64,000 nt of DNA from contig OZ245006.1 in assembly GCA_965223545.1 (NCBI GenBank), forward strand, positions 704,001 through 768,000, written 5' to 3'. The notes below the pieces were generated by a model that saw only the letters and a program-made list of their open reading frames with translations, was not told the origin of the DNA and searched no databases. Position numbers and translations under genes: made by a program. The DNA is from Planctomycetota bacterium (lineage in GTDB: Bacteria; Planctomycetota; UBA1135; UBA2386). Below are positions 51,344 through 60,104 of the stretch, piece after piece; the stretch's first letter is position 1, and each line of letters begins with the position of its first letter.

Positions 51344-52276
51344 ATGCTGCCGATCCATCGCGATCACCGCCCGCCCTCCCGGCTGCCGCTGCGCGCGGGC
51401 GCCGCCGCGCTGGCGCTGGCCACTGCGGTGTCGGCGCAGGCCGCGCCAGGGCAGACGCCGCCCGCGGCTGGGGCCGAGAGCACGGCCGACGAGCGCGCTG
51501 CTGTCGAGGTGGACGAGGTCGTCGGCCTGCTGCGCCGGGCCCATCTCGGCGACAACCCGGCCCCGGATGCGCGCGCGTTCCACGGCACGCTGCAGCTGCA
51601 CCACCGTACCGAGGAGTACCAGGCCGACATCCTGCTCGACGTGCGCTACGCCAGGACCGAGCGCTCGGCCTACGTGCGCTACCGCGTGCAGGAGGGCGAC
51701 CGCAGCATCGAGCGCGGCCGCGACAGCGACGGCCCGTGGCACCAGGTCGGCAACGGTGCCGAGAGTCTGAACGCCGCGGAGTTCACCAACGACCGCCGGC
51801 AGGTGCTGCAGCACCTTCAGTTGTGCGACCAGCTGCTGCGGTTCACCGATCCGACCCGGATCGTCGCGGCGATGCGCACCCCGACGGCCGACCGGCAACG
51901 GCTGCGCGTCGGCGCCGGTCGCGAGGAGGAATGCCTGCGGGTGCGCGGCACGATCGACGACTTCCCGCTGTATGCGGCCGCGCCGGAGCAGACCGAGCAC
52001 GGCGTCCACGTCGAGCTCTACGTCGGCGCCGGCGGTCGCTTGCGCGCCGTGCAGGCGATGCCGCTCAACGAGCGGGGCCGCCTCGCCGGGACAGGCGAGC
52101 GCATCTTGATCAAGGAGCTGGCATCGCAGGACGGCCTGCTGCTGCCCACCGACCTGGTCATGCTCGGCATCGGCTACGGCGAACAAGACCGCGTCCTGGC
52201 CAAGGTTCGCTTGGTCACCCTGGAGCTGAAACCCGGCCTTCCCGCCGAGCAGTTCGATCGCAAGCAGCCGTGGTGA
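51344..52276 (+). CDS. Secreted hypothetical protein (possibly LolA-like fold)
   Basis: Signal peptide (ALALATAVSAQA), beta-rich body, DGLLLP...F terminal pattern. Confidence 0.6.
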   Translation: MLPIHRDHRPPSRLPLRAGAAALALATAVSAQAAPGQTPPAAGAESTADERAAVEVDEVVGLLRRAHLGDNPAPDARAFHGTLQLHHRTEEYQADILLDVRYARTERSAYVRYRVQEGDRSIERGRDSDGPWHQVGNGAESLNAAEFTNDRRQVLQHLQLCDQLLRFTDPTRIVAAMRTPTADRQRLRVGAGREEECLRVRGTIDDFPLYAAAPEQTEHGVHVELYVGAGGRLRAVQAMPLNERGRLAGTGERILIKELASQDGLLLPTDLVMLGIGYGEQDRVLAKVRLVTLELKPGLPAEQFDRKQPW

Positions 52277-52374
52277 GCGGCGGTCCTTGTGTCGCGGGTC
52301 GATCCGCGGCGCCACGAGGCCCATGGCACGGCCCGGACGCGCGCGATGCCAGCGCGGCCCGCGCGCCGGAATCC

Positions 52375-52408
52375 TTGACGTAAGTTACGATGAATAGTTA
52401 GCTTGCGC
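52375..52408 (+). promoter_or_regulatory. Putative promoter/operator of the epimerase-DprE cluster
   Basis: AT-rich patch: TTGACG-N18-TAGCTT, overlapping the imperfect inverted repeat CGTAAGTT...AGCTTGCG. Confidence 0.45.
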
Positions 52409-52443
52409 GACTCGACTGAACGAACTGTACCGGAGTCCGGACC

Positions 52444-53421
52444 TTGAAGAATTTGATCACCGGCGGCGCTGGCTTCGTCGGCTCCCACCTCTCGGAGCAC
52501 CTGCTCGAACGCGGCGACGAGGTCTACGTCCTCGACAACTTATCGACCGGGTCGATCACCAACCTCGACGGTTGCAAGGAGCACCCGAACTTCCACTACC
52601 ACACCGGCGATTCGCTGAACGCGCCGATCCTGGCCGAGCTCGTCGACCGGTGCGACCGCATCTACCACCTGGCGGCGGCGGTCGGCGTCAAGCTGATCGT
52701 CGAGAACCCGGTGCACACCATCGAGACCAACATCTCGGGCACCGAGACCATCCTGCAGATGGCGGTCAAGAAGAAGAAGCCGGTGCTGATCGCCTCGACC
52801 TCCGAGGTCTACGGCAAGTCGACCGACATCCCGTTCCGCGAGGATGGCGACATGGTGCTCGGCCCGACGTCGAAGGGGCGCTGGGCGTACGCCTGCAGCA
52901 AGGCCGTCGACGAGTTCTTGGCCATCGCCTATCACCGCAGCAAGGACCTGCCCACGGTCGTCGCGCGCCTGTTCAACACCGTCGGCCCCCGGCAGACCGG
53001 GCAGTACGGAATGGTGATCCCGAACTTCGTCAAGCAAGCGCTCTCCGGCCAGCCGATCACCGTCTACGGCGACGGCAAGCAGTCGCGCTGCTTCGGCTAC
53101 GTCGGCGACGTGGTGCCGGCGCTGGTCCAGCTGATGGACACCGCCAAGTGCTACGGCGAGGTCTACAACGTCGGCAACGACCGCGAGATGAGCATCGAAG
53201 ACCTGGCCAAGCTGGTGCGCGACAAGGTCGACTCCTCGCTGGACATCAAGTACGTGCCCTATAGCGAGGCGTACAAGGCCGCCGACTTCGAGGACATGCG
53301 CCGGCGCGTCCCCGACCTGAGCAAGATCAAGCGCGACATCGGCTACCAGCCGACGACCTCGGTCGAGCAGATCGTCGACAAGGTGATCGCCTACTTCCGG
53401 GCGGACCGCTCGGCACGGTGA
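52444..53421 (+). CDS. NAD-dependent nucleotide-sugar epimerase/dehydratase
   Basis: TGGAGFVG, STSEVYG, YACSK, R.FN.VGPRQ; TTG start with GGAG. Confidence 0.93.
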   Translation: MKNLITGGAGFVGSHLSEHLLERGDEVYVLDNLSTGSITNLDGCKEHPNFHYHTGDSLNAPILAELVDRCDRIYHLAAAVGVKLIVENPVHTIETNISGTETILQMAVKKKKPVLIASTSEVYGKSTDIPFREDGDMVLGPTSKGRWAYACSKAVDEFLAIAYHRSKDLPTVVARLFNTVGPRQTGQYGMVIPNFVKQALSGQPITVYGDGKQSRCFGYVGDVVPALVQLMDTAKCYGEVYNVGNDREMSIEDLAKLVRDKVDSSLDIKYVPYSEAYKAADFEDMRRRVPDLSKIKRDIGYQPTTSVEQIVDKVIAYFRADRSAR

Positions 53422-53524
53422 TCGGCGCCGGCGCACCGGCAACGGCGTTGCGCGACCGCAACGCGAGGATCCCTTTGTCTCCCGCCTCCGCCCGGCCGAT
53501 GATCGGCTGGAGCACTCCGCGCCG

Positions 53525-54928
53525 ATGTCGTCGATCCGCGATCCCATGAGCCCGCCCGCCGCCGCCGGCAACGACCCCGCTCAACCCCCGCCCGCCGCGG
53601 CCGGCGCGCCGGAGACCACGTTGTGGGGTTGGGGCCGAGTGCCCGTGCGCGGCCGCGAGCGCCACTCGGAAGACCTCCGCGGTGCCACCCGCGGCGCGGT
53701 CCTCACCCGCGGCTTGGGGCGCAGCTACGGCGACTCCTCGCTGCCGCCGTCGAGCCGAGCCGTCGCTGCCAACAGCACGAATGCCGACCGCATCCTGAGC
53801 TTCGACACGGCGAGCGGCCGGCTGCGGGCCGAGGCCGGCCTGTCGCTGTTCGACCTCAACCAGACCCTGCTTCCCCGCTGCTGGTTCACGCCCGTGTCGC
53901 CCGGGACGCAGTTCGTCACCCTCGGCGGCATGGTCGCCTCCGACGTACACGGCAAGAACCACCACCGCGACGGCTGCATCGGCGAGCACGTGACCGAGCT
54001 GCTGCTGCGCGTCGCCGACGGCCGCTTGGTGCGTTGCTCGCCGTCGATCGAGCGCGACCTGTTTCGCGCGACCGTCGGCGGCATGGGCCTGACCGGCCAC
54101 ATCCTCGAGGTGGAGCTGACCATGCGGCGCGTGCCGTCGCCGTGGATCGTCATGGAGTCCGAGCGCATCCCCGACATCGACGCGTACGTCGAGGGGCTCA
54201 AGCGCGACGGACCGGACTGGCCGTTCACCATGGGCTGGATCGACTGCCTGTCCCGGGGCGCCAAGCTCGGCCGCGGCATCCTCATGCGCGGCCGCTGGGC
54301 GCGACCGGACGAGGCGCGCAAGCCGTTCCGTCCGCTCGGCAACCGGTTGGGGGTCCCTTTCGTTTTGCCCGGCTGGGTGATGGGGCCGTTCAGCGTGCGC
54401 GCCTTCAACACGCTCTACTACAACGCGCATTGGCGGCGGCAGATGCGCCGTGTCGTCCACCCGCAGAAGTTCTTCTACCCGCTCGACGCGATCGAGAACT
54501 GGAACCGCCTGTACGGGCCGCGCGGCTTCACCCAGTACCAGTGCGTGCTGCCGGCCGAGGCCGGCACCGGCGTCGCGCGGCGCTTCCTCGAAGTGCTGAC
54601 CGAGCGCGGCGGCGCGTCGTTCCTGTGCGTGATCAAGGACTGCGGTGCCCAGGGAGTCGGCCTGCTGTCGTTCCCGCGGCCGGGCATCTCGATCGCGGTC
54701 GACCTGCCGATCCGCGACGACACCCAAGAGCTGGTCGACGCGCTCAACGCGTTCGTCATCGGCGAGGGCGGCCGGATCTACCTGACCAAGGACACCTTCA
54801 CCCGGCCAGCGGACTTCCGCCACATGGAGCCGCGGCTGTTGGAGTGGACGCGCGTGCGCGACCAATGGGACCCCGAGCACCGGTTGCGCAGCGCGCAGTC
54901 GGTGCGCCTGTTTGGAGACCGACCATGA
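53525..54928 (+). CDS. FAD-binding oxidoreductase, DprE1-like
   Basis: GWG, RGLGRSYGD, PGT..VT.GG..ASDVHGKNHH, FFYPLD, YG..GF.QYQ, GGR.YL.KD. Confidence 0.88.
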   Translation: MSSIRDPMSPPAAAGNDPAQPPPAAAGAPETTLWGWGRVPVRGRERHSEDLRGATRGAVLTRGLGRSYGDSSLPPSSRAVAANSTNADRILSFDTASGRLRAEAGLSLFDLNQTLLPRCWFTPVSPGTQFVTLGGMVASDVHGKNHHRDGCIGEHVTELLLRVADGRLVRCSPSIERDLFRATVGGMGLTGHILEVELTMRRVPSPWIVMESERIPDIDAYVEGLKRDGPDWPFTMGWIDCLSRGAKLGRGILMRGRWARPDEARKPFRPLGNRLGVPFVLPGWVMGPFSVRAFNTLYYNAHWRRQMRRVVHPQKFFYPLDAIENWNRLYGPRGFTQYQCVLPAEAGTGVARRFLEVLTERGGASFLCVIKDCGAQGVGLLSFPRPGISIAVDLPIRDDTQELVDALNAFVIGEGGRIYLTKDTFTRPADFRHMEPRLLEWTRVRDQWDPEHRLRSAQSVRLFGDRP

Positions 54929-55662
54929 AGGTGGCAATCCTCGGCGGAACCCGCGGCATGGGCCGCGCGCTGGCGCGGGCGATGGCGGCGCGCGGCGACG
55001 CCATCTGCCTGCTCGGCCGCGACGAGAGCGAGCTGCGCCGCTCGCGTGCCGACTTGCTGGCACGCGGCGAGAGCGTCGTGGTCAGCACGGCGACCTGTGA
55101 TCTCGCCGAGCCGAGCGGCTTCGCCGCCGCCCTGACCACCGCCCGCGACAGCCTCGCCGGTCTGGACTGCGTGGTCGTCACCGCCGCTCAGTTCGCGCCG
55201 CAGGAGGAGCTCGAACAGGACCTCTCCCGGACTGCCCAGCTGCTGCAAGCCAACTTCACCAACACCATCCTGTTCTGCGAACACGCGCGGCAGCGGCTGC
55301 TGGAGCACGGCGGCGGCACTCTCTGTGTGTTCAGCTCGGTGGCGGGCGAGCGCGGCCGCAAACCACAGGTGATCTACGGCGCCAGCAAGGCCGGCCTGTC
55401 GGCCTACCTCGAGGGGTTGGACCACCGCTATCACGCCGCCGGTCTGGTCACGATTTGCGTCAAACCGGGCTTCGTCAAGACCGGGATGACGCAGGGGTTG
55501 AAGCCACCGCCGTTCGCCGGCGAGCCCGACGCCGTCGCCCGCGACGTGCTGCGCGCGATCGACCGGCGCAGGCCGGTGTTGTTCACCCCGTGGCCGTGGC
55601 GCTGGGTGATGCTGGTGATCCGCAACCTGCCGCGCTTCGTGATGCGCCGCATCAACTTCTGA
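54925..55662 (+). CDS. Short-chain dehydrogenase, DprE2-like
   Basis: GGT.GMG, SSVAGERGR, YGASK, KPGFV.T.MT; ATGA-coupled to the upstream gene. Confidence 0.87.
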   Translation: MKVAILGGTRGMGRALARAMAARGDAICLLGRDESELRRSRADLLARGESVVVSTATCDLAEPSGFAAALTTARDSLAGLDCVVVTAAQFAPQEELEQDLSRTAQLLQANFTNTILFCEHARQRLLEHGGGTLCVFSSVAGERGRKPQVIYGASKAGLSAYLEGLDHRYHAAGLVTICVKPGFVKTGMTQGLKPPPFAGEPDAVARDVLRAIDRRRPVLFTPWPWRWVMLVIRNLPRFVMRRINF

Positions 55663-55680
55663 CCGCGGCTCGGCCGCGCT

Positions 55681-57558
55681 TCACAACCGGCGGCGGAAGA
55701 AGCGCTCGAGCTCGGCCCGGTCGAAGGTGAGCACCGTCGGGCGACCGTGCGGACAGTTGTGGGGATGCCGCAGCTTGGCGGCGGCCACCAACAGAGCTTC
55801 GATCTCCTCTTCGCACAACGCATCGCCCGCCATCACCGAGCTGCGGCATGCGCGGCTGTGGAAGCGCTCGAGAATCGCCTCGCGGGCACGCGGACGGGCG
55901 TCGTCGTCGACGTCGCCGAGCAGGAAGGACTCGACCAACGCAGCCGGCCGCGCCTTGCCGAGCACCGCCGGAACGCCCTGAATGGCGACGCTGCCGCCGC
56001 CGAAGTCCTCGACCAGAAAGCCCTCCGCTGCCAGCACGTCACGCGCCTCCAGCAGGTAGGCCTTGTCGGCGGCGGTCAGCTCGAGGACCTCCGGCACCAG
56101 CAGCCGCTGCACCGTCCGCGGCGACGCCGCGTCGCGTTGCTGCAGCTCCTCGAACACGACGCGCTCGTGCAGGGCGTGCTGGTCGACCACGACCAGGCCG
56201 TCCTCGCCCTCCAGCACCAGGTAGAGGTTCATCACCGACAGGAAGCGGTGGCTGGCGAGCCGCGCGAAGGGGTTGGCGCGCGGCGCGGGTTCCGCGGCAG
56301 CTTCGAGGCCGGGAGCGGCAGCCGCCGGCTCCGGCTCGCGACGCTCGACGCGCCCGCCCGCCGCCGGCCGCGGCTCGGACCGCGCCTTGCCGGCGCTCGG
56401 GCCGGGACCACCCGCGGCCCGCCGCCCCGCGGGACGCCCCGGCGCGGCCTCGGGCAACGGCGGCGGTCCGCCGCTTGCCCGGCCGAAGAGATCGCGCGGC
56501 AGATCGGGGAACCCCGACCGCGCCCGCGGCTTGTCCTCCCCGACCGCCAAGGCCGGACCGCTGCGCGAGGCCGCCCGCGACTCGAGCGCGCCCAGCACCG
56601 CATCGTGCAGCAAGCCGGCGACGCGCCTCCCCTCGAGAAAGCGCAGCTCGGCCTTGGTCGGGTGCACGTTGACGTCGACCGCGTCCGGCGGCATCGACAG
56701 CATCAAGAAGTAGATCGGGTACTTGCCGCCCATCGTGAAGGCGCGGTACGCCTGCCGCACCGCATGCGTCGCGCTCTTGTCGCGCGCGTTGCGGCCGTTG
56801 ACGTAGAGCAGCTCCAAGGTCGAGTCCCGACGGGCGCCGTCGGGGTGCACGGTGAGCCCCTCGACCACGTAGTCGCCGCTGCCCCGCGACACGTCGAGCA
56901 GCTCGCCCACCAGCCGGGCGCCGAACGCGCGGCGCACGCGGTCGCGCAGCGATTCTCCCGCCGGCAGGTGCAAGACCCGTTTGCCGTCGACGCTGAGGGC
57001 GAAATCGACGTCGAGGCGGGCCAACGAGAGGCGCACCAGCAGGTCCTGGATGCGCGCCTTCTCGGCGGCCGGCGTGCGCAGGAAGCGCCGCCGCGCCGGC
57101 ACGTTGAAGAACAGATCGCGGACCTCGATCAGAGTCCCCGGCGGCGCGCCGCACGGCCGGGCATCACCGATCGCACCACCGTCGCATCGAATCTCCGCGC
57201 CACTGCTCTCGGCCGGCTGCCGGCTGACGATCTTGGTGCGCGCCACCGAGCCGATCGAGGCCAACGCCTCGCCGCGGAAGCCGAGACTGGCGATGTGGTC
57301 CAGGTCGCTCGACACGGACAACTTGCTGGTCGCGTGGCTGACGAACGCCAGCGGCAAGTCATCGGCGGCGAAGCCACCGCCGTCATCGCGCACCCGGATC
57401 AGCGCGCGACCGCCGTCCTCCAGCTCGACGTGCACGCGCTGGGCACCCGCGTCCAGACTGTTCTCGACCAGCTCTTTGACCACGGAGAACGGCCGCTCCA
57501 CGACCTCACCGGCGGCGATCTGATTGACCACTTCGGGCGGCAGCACGCGGATGCTCAT
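55681..57558 (-). CDS. mutL: DNA mismatch repair endonuclease MutL
   Basis: IAAGEVVERP, GFRGEAL, DVNVHPTK, DQHALHER, CPHGRP. Confidence 0.97.
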   Translation of the reverse strand: MSIRVLPPEVVNQIAAGEVVERPFSVVKELVENSLDAGAQRVHVELEDGGRALIRVRDDGGGFAADDLPLAFVSHATSKLSVSSDLDHIASLGFRGEALASIGSVARTKIVSRQPAESSGAEIRCDGGAIGDARPCGAPPGTLIEVRDLFFNVPARRRFLRTPAAEKARIQDLLVRLSLARLDVDFALSVDGKRVLHLPAGESLRDRVRRAFGARLVGELLDVSRGSGDYVVEGLTVHPDGARRDSTLELLYVNGRNARDKSATHAVRQAYRAFTMGGKYPIYFLMLSMPPDAVDVNVHPTKAELRFLEGRRVAGLLHDAVLGALESRAASRSGPALAVGEDKPRARSGFPDLPRDLFGRASGGPPPLPEAAPGRPAGRRAAGGPGPSAGKARSEPRPAAGGRVERREPEPAAAAPGLEAAAEPAPRANPFARLASHRFLSVMNLYLVLEGEDGLVVVDQHALHERVVFEELQQRDAASPRTVQRLLVPEVLELTAADKAYLLEARDVLAAEGFLVEDFGGGSVAIQGVPAVLGKARPAALVESFLLGDVDDDARPRAREAILERFHSRACRSSVMAGDALCEEEIEALLVAAAKLRHPHNCPHGRPTVLTFDRAELERFFRRRL

Positions 57559-58628
57559 GCCGTCTCCGCGAAGTAGCCGGCCGCGAAGCGACGCAGCAGC
57601 CAGCCCGGATCCTCGCCCGTCTCCCGTAGATCGCGTTGGGCTTCGTACAGCAGCAGCAGCCCGCGGCGCAGCCGCGGCGTCGGGTTGGTCTGCACTTGAC
57701 GGTGGAACCGATCGACGAACACGCGCACTCCCAACGCCTGCGCGACCTGGCGGGGGGTGTGTCCACGCTCGAGCAACAAGCGCCCCTCGTAGGCCTTTGC
57801 CAGGGCCGTGTACAGCCAGCTGGTGGCGAACGGGAAGACGCCTCCCCGATCGACCAGCGAACCGTCCCGGCTGCGCACGCCGCGGGCCAGCATGGCCTCG
57901 AGCGAGCGCTCGGTGCGCGCCCGATCGAAGTCGAGCAGCGCCTCGGCCAGCTCGAAGGGGTTGGACTCGTAGCCACAGTGCAGCGCCGGTGCCAGCGCTT
58001 CCGGCGGTATGGCTCCCGCCTGGCCACCGAGCAGCGGCGCGAGCCGGACCAGCTCGTTCTGGCACTCGGCCGGATCGCTGCCGACCGTGTGCATCATCAA
58101 CAAGGCGGCTTCGGCGGTCAGCGAGAGGCCCTGCGCGCGCCCACGGTCGACGATCCAGCCGACCATCTCGGCGTCCTGCGGACTGCGCGTCCGGTCGTAC
58201 GGTTCGGTGTACAGCGCGCGAAACTCGAACACCTCGGCGGCCGCGGTGAGGGCCTTGCCCACTTTCGTGCGGCGGTCGAGCTTGACCACTTCGACCACCA
58301 GCGCGCAGCCCTTGGCGATGCGCTCGAGCATCGCGGCGAGGGCGGGCCCGTGCTGCTGCAACCAACCCTCGCCCCGGCGGACGACCACGCAAGCGCCGGC
58401 GCCGAACAGCGACCCGCCGAGCAAGTCGCCGAGCTCGGCGCCGTCGGTGTCGGCGTCACCGCTGATCCGGCGCAGCTCGACCCCGTCGGCAACGGCGGCG
58501 ATGGCCATGTCGACCGCCTGATCGCGGAAGTAGGCCGCCGGCCCGCTGATCAACAGCAGCCGCGGCACGCCGCGGCCGAGCACGGCGCGCAAGCGGCCGA
58601 GCTCGCGTTCCGGGTTGGGGGTCGCCAC
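57555..58628 (-). CDS. holA: DNA polymerase III delta subunit-like
   Basis: L.I.G..., SLF, KLDRR, W+...G..L...AA..L...VG.D....NE, F.L..AL pattern. Confidence 0.7.
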   Translation of the reverse strand: MATPNPERELGRLRAVLGRGVPRLLLISGPAAYFRDQAVDMAIAAVADGVELRRISGDADTDGAELGDLLGGSLFGAGACVVVRRGEGWLQQHGPALAAMLERIAKGCALVVEVVKLDRRTKVGKALTAAAEVFEFRALYTEPYDRTRSPQDAEMVGWIVDRGRAQGLSLTAEAALLMMHTVGSDPAECQNELVRLAPLLGGQAGAIPPEALAPALHCGYESNPFELAEALLDFDRARTERSLEAMLARGVRSRDGSLVDRGGVFPFATSWLYTALAKAYEGRLLLERGHTPRQVAQALGVRVFVDRFHRQVQTNPTPRLRRGLLLLYEAQRDLRETGEDPGWLLRRFAAGYFAETA

Positions 58629-58645
58629 TTCGGTCGAGCTTTCCG

Positions 58646-59368
58646 TCAGGTGGTCAGATAGTAGTGCACATCGTACAGCGCGTGCGCATACACGGTCACG
58701 CCGAAGCCGCGCACGACGAACATCACGCCCAGGATCAACCCGGCGATCGCGCGGAACACGAACTCGCGCTGGTCGAACGGCGCCGCACCCGGACCCACGT
58801 GGTGGAACAGCGAGAACACCACCGCGCTGACCAGGACCGCGCCGGCGACACCGAACACCTTGTGGAAGCCGAACGACTGCGCGACCCTGGTGAACGCCAG
58901 CGCCAGCACCGACAGCAGGATCAAGCGGAACACCAGCTCTTCGAACAGACCGGCGCCGAGCGAGCCGACCAGATCGCGCAACAGCTGGTTCTGCGGCACC
59001 GCGCCGAGCAGCCGCGCCGACGATGCCTCGAGGCCGCCGGCGAGGGGCCCGAGCACCAGGGCGTAGACCAAGCCCTCGAGCGCCGTCACCAGGGTGACCT
59101 TCAACCACGGCACGCTGCGGCGCAGCAACGACAGCGCGCTCAGCAGCACCGCTATGCCGAACATCAAGCGCAGGATGGTGAAGGCGGTGGGGCCCAACAG
59201 CCGCAGCACCTCGGCCAGCAGCGCTTCGGCGCCGTTGCGCTCCTCCGGCGCCAAGCACAGCCGCAGCCCCTCGTAGGCCAGCCAGAGGGGCAGCACCGCG
59301 AACAAGCCGACCGCGGGATCGCGGGACCACGCGAGGTAGCCCGTGGGTTCGGCGTCAGGATCGGACAC
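58646..59368 (-). CDS. CPBP (Abi/CAAX) intramembrane metalloprotease
   Basis: EELVFR, FSLFHH, H..YD motifs; multi-TM. Confidence 0.88.
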   Translation of the reverse strand: MSDPDAEPTGYLAWSRDPAVGLFAVLPLWLAYEGLRLCLAPEERNGAEALLAEVLRLLGPTAFTILRLMFGIAVLLSALSLLRRSVPWLKVTLVTALEGLVYALVLGPLAGGLEASSARLLGAVPQNQLLRDLVGSLGAGLFEELVFRLILLSVLALAFTRVAQSFGFHKVFGVAGAVLVSAVVFSLFHHVGPGAAPFDQREFVFRAIAGLILGVMFVVRGFGVTVYAHALYDVHYYLTT

Positions 59369-60104
59369 GAGCGCGGTAGAGCATGGCGATTCCACCAGTC
59401 AATCCGCGGTACTGCGCCGATTCCAGCCCGGCGTCGCGCATCAACGCCAGGAAGGCGTCGCGCTCGGGAAACTGCATGACCGACTCGGGCAGGTAGTCGT
59501 AGGCACCGTCGCGGTCGCCCGAGATCCAGCGTCCCAACCGCGGCAGCACTTTGCGAAAGTACCACAGGTAGCCGGCGCTCAAGACCGGCACGCGCGGCAC
59601 GCCGAACTCGAGCACCACGACCGCTCCGCCGGGCTTGACGACGCGCGCCATCTCGGCCAGACCGCGCACCGGGTCGCTGACGTTGCGGATGCCGAACGCG
59701 ACCGTCGCCGCATCGAAGCTGTCGTCGGCGAACGGCAGCGCCAGGGCGTCTGCGGTGGCCCAGCGCGGGGCGTGAAGCGCGCGCCGCCCCTTGCCGACCG
59801 CCCCGGCGAGCATCTCGAAGCAGAAGTCGACGCCGGTGACGCGCGCGCCGGCGGCGGCCAGCGAGGCGGCCAGATCGCCGGTGCCGGCACAGACATCGAG
59901 CACCCGGTCGCCGGCCGCGACCTCCGCGGCCCGCACGGCGGCACGCCGCCACAAGCGGTCCACCCCCATCGACAGGAGGTGGTTGGCGCGGTCGTAGCGG
60001 CCGGCGACCCGCGCGAACATCGCGCGGACCGCCGCGCCGTCGGGCGCGCCCGGGGTCGGCGCGGGCGCGCCCTGCTGAGCGCGCCGCGCGGCGGCGTCGG
60101 TCAC
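59355..60104 (-). CDS. ubiE: Ubiquinone/menaquinone biosynthesis C-methyltransferase (UbiE/MenG)
   Basis: MF..VA.RYD..NH.LS.G, LDVCAGTGD, FGIRNV, AY.YL.ES. Confidence 0.92.
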   Translation of the reverse strand: MTDAAARRAQQGAPAPTPGAPDGAAVRAMFARVAGRYDRANHLLSMGVDRLWRRAAVRAAEVAAGDRVLDVCAGTGDLAASLAAAGARVTGVDFCFEMLAGAVGKGRRALHAPRWATADALALPFADDSFDAATVAFGIRNVSDPVRGLAEMARVVKPGGAVVVLEFGVPRVPVLSAGYLWYFRKVLPRLGRWISGDRDGAYDYLPESVMQFPERDAFLALMRDAGLESAQYRGLTGGIAMLYRARVRS

